A stretch of 20,000 bases of DNA from Folioceros fuciformis (Eukaryota), in the NCBI GenBank assembly GCA_049999805.1, contig JBNGIO010006037.1, forward strand, positions 112,429-132,428, in the 5' to 3' direction. Both the position numbers and the translations under genes were made by a program. Within the stretch, counting starts at the first letter, position 1. Each line of letters begins with the position of its first letter. The notes below the pieces were generated by a model, which was given only the letters and a program-made list of their open reading frames with translations, did not search any database and had not been told where the DNA came from. Shown piece by piece: positions 15,138 through 20,000 of the stretch.

Positions 15138-16592
15138 TTATGTGCGGGAAGGCAGCCATTGGTCGCCGTCAATGAAACCGATTCCAATGAAAGGTGCAGC
15201 CTGAGCTCTGGTGAGCCTTCGCGCCCACGTCGGCCAACTCAAGGTGCTGGCGCCTGGCCCGAAGGTCTGGTATTCTCCGTAGAAAACAGTCCTGCATGCC
15301 AAATCCACAATCAGCCCACATTTGCGCAGTAACCAACGCCCTTCTGCTTTTTGGTCAGGCCACCCGAGTATGGAGAATTTCAGACCAGCAGTTTCATTCC
15401 TCGAGGCAGAGAGCGGTTCCTACAACCTTTCATTGCAATCCTTCAAAATCTGAGAATCCAAGTTCGACTTACTTGTCGCGGGCAGGTATTTCCCAGTCGT
15501 TCCAGCCGGTGGGAGTGATGATGTCGGCGATGAAGGTGTAGATGTAGACGACTCGGGAATAGGGCCCCCAGGCGCGGCCGAGGTAGAGGGACCCGGAGCC
15601 CGTGACGACGCAGCCCACGAAGGAGAAGCCGCCCGCATCGGTCGGGCTCAGGCGTTTCTGGGCCGTGAGCGAGCCGAAGGTGGTGGCCACCGAGTGGAGG
15701 TGGCATTTGCGGTAGAGCGACCGGCCGTCCCCGAAGATGAAGTCGATGGATCCCTGGATGTAGCTGTTGTAGAAATAGTGCCTGCCCTGGTGGTCGTAAA
15801 GCGTGTCCTGCCCGCCCACGATGCTCACATTGTACAGCGCTGCCTTGTCCCCGCTCAGCCTGAGCGCCACCGCCTGCTCCCCCACGGCCCCCGGCGCCTG
15901 CAGCGGAGCCGAGTTCCGGAAGCTGATGCCGGCCGCCACGAAGTTGTCGGAGTTCACCGCGAAGGTGGCGCTGCCAAAGGTGCTGAGCAGCTTCCCCCCA
16001 CTCTTGGTGGAGGCGGTGTCGCCCCACACGATTTCGGTCGTCCTGGCGTCCTCTCCTTTCAGCGTGATGAAGGGCGCGCTGCTGGGGATGATCACCTTCT
16101 CCCTGGACGGTGCAGCCGTTGGCAATGCCACAAATCAGGTCACGTGACCGGACGCTGCCCAAGTGAAGGGAGGAAATCGGCATGGCGGTGCACTTACTTG
16201 TAGGATCCGGGCTTGACGAAGATGGTGACGCGCCGGGTGTTGCCCTTGGGGACGGCGTTCACTGCCGCCTGCACCGACCTGAAGTCGCCGGAGCCGTCCA
16301 GGGCCACGGTGACGAAGGTTTTGAGCGTGGGGGGAGGCTTGGGGTCGGCACCGCTGCCGGCGAGCAACTCGGTGTCGCTGTCGACGGCGTCCAGTTGATA
16401 ATTCTGGGAGAAATCGTAGACTTGCTTGTGTCCGTTTTGGATGGCCTTGAGCCAGGCCTGGAAGTCCACATCCGGGTCGTTGGCCAGAGGAGACCCCCGC
16501 ACGCACAGTGCGATGGAGATGGCCAAGGCCGCCATCAGCAATGCGGACGACGTCGCCCGCATTCTGAACCCGAGCTTCGTCGATTTCTCCAT
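15138..16592 (-). CDS. Pectin methylesterase (CE8), group 1/type II without a PMEI pro-domain, 3 exons, 392 aa
   Basis: Exons 16592-16198, 16102-15473, 15291-15138 (1179 nt, both introns phase 2). Hydrophobic signal/anchor ALLMAALAISIALCV; DGSGDFRSVQAAVNAVP; GSYKEKV; QAVAL; QDTL; GSIDFIFG; YLGRAWG; GWNDW; TVFYGEY; FIDGDQWL. Catalytic Q, D, D, R and W are all present. Confidence 0.96.
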
Positions 16593-17974
16593 GGCGGTCC
16601 CTGGACTCCGACTGGAATCCCGTCGGAATGCTCAGCTCTCGGTGCCCACCGCCTCTCCTCCGATGTGGATTGCCGAGGATGAAGCCGGAGAGGTGGATGA
16701 GGAGCAGCATTGCTCCAGCATTCCTTATAAGGCCAACGGCATTCGCAAGGAAACAGTGGCGCAGGCACGCATTATTTGCTACATGGTCCCAGCTACAGGC
16801 TAGACTGTTGCTCGCGGCAACCACCACACTCTGGATGATTGCTGGCCAGGTTGCTTGGACACGATTTTGGTTTGTTTATTGGTTGCTGCTCAAATTAGCT
16901 GCCAGACAGTGCACAAGTAGCACCGGCCCAGGTAGCTCCGTGTTCATCTCTTGGTGTCGGGGACCGCCTACTAATCGGGATAGGCGATCCTACATCGAAA
17001 CCAAATCCTGTGTGTGGCGGAACAGTGCAAAAGTGGCCCCGGCCCTGGTGGGTAGGTCGTCTGGTTAGTCTTCTGGGTAGCAAGAATCCTGGCCAGCTCG
17101 CAGAATGTTCACGCCTATGTTCCCCAGACTTGCTCGTGTGTGTCGTGGGCTCTTCAAAATTGAACCTCTCCTGCGGGCTCTATTCACGCGTGCATCGATC
17201 ACACGAAGTTCAAATGTGCACTACACCGTTATAACAACTGACGATGAGCTGGTCACTCGCGCCATCCGCGACCGACAACGGCAGAGCCCAAGCCGACACA
17301 GCCGTTGACGGCCAGGAAGGAGGAACTCAGGAACCCTTACGGGTATAGTTTTTCTTTTTTATTTATGAGTACATAGCTCATAATGAGGATATTTTTTTAG
17401 TTATAGATTTAATTAATTAATTGATTGATAGGTTGAATACTTTACTATCAAAAAGCACAATCAGAAGAATTCATCTACCCAAGACAAGGGAGTATTAGCG
17501 GGAGGGCACTAAATCCCCAAGGATCAACGAACCCTTTTTTTTAGGAATATTGGTGGAAGAACATCGGAAAAGATTTAGGTTGCTCTTATTTTTATAGAGT
17601 GTATTCATTTTATTGCAGCTTGAGAGTTCATGATTGTTATTCCGCATGCATTATGTTTCATAAAGTCATGCTGTAGTTCATGAGGAATGGTACAATGGTT
17701 TGTGTGAGAAGTTTATGACTTAAGGATGTAGGGCTAATCCTTTCATGGTGAAGACATAGGTTGCAACACTGCAATGAGCATCGAGGTTGATGCCCAATCG
17801 ACATCATATTAGACCCTGAAGTTAAGCACTCCTTTACTTAACCTCTTATAAGTGATTCCAAGGTGAGTTGCACCCTTCATATAACTATATATTTGAATTC
17901 GCTTCACGTACATCTAGTGTGCCCCGCCAAGATTAGACATGAACTGTGCTACACTTGTTGCTACACAAGAAATG

Positions 17975-19130
17975 TTTTCCAAGAAATGTAGAGTCTATCT
18001 TCCTTTTCTCCCCAATAAGTAACCATAAGAGGCTTATCATACAATCAAGTCTAACACTTCTTGGCCTTGAATTGTACCTTGTGTTGCTTGTTATTAGTTA
18101 GACTACTTCCAAATTGACATAATGTTCTTGCTTACTTTAGGTTAGTAAAGCAAGTCTATCAAAGTTATGGTGCCATGGATCTTCAACGTTAGAAGTGTAA
18201 TTGTATCACTACCAAGTACGTCTATAATTATGTTGTCTACAACATATATAAACCCTCCTTTATGATGTAGTCTAAAGGTGTAAAAGTAACTACGATCCTT
18301 GCAGATGTTAGTGGGAGCACTACTATCCAAGTATTATAAGAAGTAATTATTGTTGCAAGCTAAGAGAGTAATGATAAGGATTGTCAGAGCTCTTTGTACA
18401 ACATGAGCATATAGGGGACTAAGTCTCCTTTGTTCACCCACTTGTTTGCTTTGGCACTCTCGCTTGTAGTGCCTAATTTCCTACACCAATTGTAGCTCTA
18501 CTTCCAACAGGGATTAGAAGAGCCTAAAGAAGATGACCTTTCCCCTCCCTTTCTACTTTGCCAATTTGTATTTTTGGTATGTCTTTGTCCAGGCATGTGG
18601 GTGAATATTGCTTGCATAGGTGAGATGTATTTGAAAGAAGCTCTCGTGGAATACTCATGCATAAGGCAGTGATGACCTTTGAAAGGGTTATCAATTCCCC
18701 TAAGTTCATCTTCTTCATTTGGACGAATTATTTAATGAGGATATTTTGCATTGAGATGAAGGTCCGCTAGCTTGCAACCATCAAGATGGTTCCAGCTCCA
18801 ATACTTGCTTTGCACGTGTTGCTAGTTTGCTCCTAAACATAAGTTCTTTATGCTTGGACAAAATGCAGGAACCACAAGATGCAAGGTGTTTAAAGAGGGA
18901 GTTTGGCTTTGTTATGGCCACTTGGTCCTCTATAAGGGTTGTCCCGTATGCGGCTAGTCTTGCTCTCAATGTGTGGAAGTTACTCATGTGTACATGGATA
19001 CTTTCACCATCTCTATATTTGAGAATGTGAAAATTCCATATGGTGGAGGCAACGTATTGTACATCAGTAACATCATACATTTGGTTGAATCTCTCCCACA
19101 TAGCTTGAGCAGATTAATGTTGAAGATATG
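17975..19130 (-). mobile_element. Decayed Ty1/copia LTR retrotransposon fragment: partial gag, zinc knuckle, protease and start of the gag-pre-integrase region
   Basis: SAQAMWERFNQMY...LKYRDGESIHVHMSNFHTLRARLAAYGTTLIEDQVAI is copia gag (UBN2-like). A frameshifted knuckle YNWCRKLG/HYKREC lies at about 18450-18500. Protease reads LDSSAPTNICKDRSYF...VLGSDTITL...ITLIDLLY*PKVSKNIMSIWK, followed by KVQFKAKKC...GEKEDRLYI. Many stops. Confidence 0.85.
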
Positions 19131-19139
19131 ATCTAACTA

Positions 19140-20000
19140 GTACGGGTTGAAAGAGCAGGTACGGGTTGGTGATGGAGATTAGGAACTAGTTGGGCAGGCT
19201 ATTGTGTTGCAGGTTGGACAGGTTGTGCCTGATTTGGTTGTGGTGTGGGTTGTGCAAGAGGAGCTGTTCCCATGGAAATATCGTTGTCGCTGTCTGCATG
19301 ATCTATAGGGAGGTTGGATGCTCCCGTTGCAACAGAGCCCTACAAATCTTTTAAAAAAGTGACATCTTGTGAACGGGTCGCTTTGTGAGTCTGTGGGTGT
19401 ATGATTTTGACGCCCTTGACACCGTTGGTGAAGCCGATAAAGATGTGTTTACTTGCACGATCCTCTAACTTGGTTCTTGTGGCTTTAGGTATATGTGCAT
19501 ACACGGGAGAGCCGAACACTCTGAGGTTGGATAGATCAGGCTTGTGTCCCATCCATGCTTTGTAAGGAGTTTGTTGTGGCAAAGCAGCCGTTACAGATTT
19601 GTTGATGAGGTCAACTACATGGGCCATTGCTTCTGGCCAATATGTCTTGGGTGGGTTGGCATGGATCAGCATGGTCAGTCCATAATCTTGGACTGTTCTG
19701 TTCATACGTTCTAACACCCCGTTCTTCTGAGAGGTGTGAGGTGTGGTCACCTGTTTATTAATGTTGTGTGTCTTGTACACTCGCAGGAAGGCATTGGATC
19801 CATATTCTCCTCCCCCATCTAAACGGAGTGTTAAGAGTTTCTCTCCTGTCTGCGTTTTAGCCCAAACTCTATATTCTTGGAAGCAGGTGAGGGCTTGAGA
19901 TTTGTGCTTTAGTAGATACAGGACGGTGAACCTGCTCATGTCGTCTATGACCTACATGAAATATAAGTATTCGTGAATGGATCTCTTGAAGGGTCCACAA
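19140..20000 (-). mobile_element. Ty1/copia integrase fragment (rve core, SH3-like domain, Pro/Gln linker), continuing beyond the right edge
   Basis: CGPF...YFM*VIDDMSRFTVLYLLKHKSQAL...TLRLDGGGEY...TTPHTSQKNGVLERMNRT...YWPEAM...LRVFGSPVYAHIPK..RTKLEDRASKHIFIGF...SQDVTF. A QP-rich linker follows and ends in LSTRTS. In-frame stops at about 19952 and 19340 indicate inactivity. Confidence 0.92.

Noticed and set aside
15420..16827. Long overlapping ORFs (246, 230, 169, 166 aa) over the PME gene
   Set aside because: These are shadow frames expected from high GC3, with low-complexity Arg/Gly/His-rich translations.
17238..17312. CTGACGA followed by GC-rich stems
   Set aside because: There is no downstream GAAA core or three-stem hammerhead topology.

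Overview
Gene-dense nuclear DNA from a plant with very short introns (mostly 70-180 nt). The compact spacing, intron size and a PLS-type PPR relic suggest a seed-free land plant such as a hornwort or Selaginella-like lycophyte; this is inference. Four intron-containing genes lie head-to-tail on the minus strand, and I rebuilt their exons by hand with consistent phases. (1) A KDM5/JARID1-type JmjC H3K4 demethylase (JmjN-JmjC-C5HC2-FYRN-FYRC, JMJ16/JMJ703-like) that runs off the left edge. (2) An 18-exon, 681-aa TTC39/Iml2-family TPR protein, mostly missed by the ORF track, ending in an FFAT-like motif. (3) A mitochondrial m-AAA protease, FtsH3/10-like, 848 aa. (4) A GC-rich pectin methylesterase without a PMEI domain, 392 aa. 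A decayed PLS-class PPR fragment lies on the + strand between FtsH and the PME. The right ~2 kb is Ty1/copia debris with integrase upstream of gag-protease. I found no clearly novel multi-gene system; the TTC39/Iml2-like gene is the best lead.
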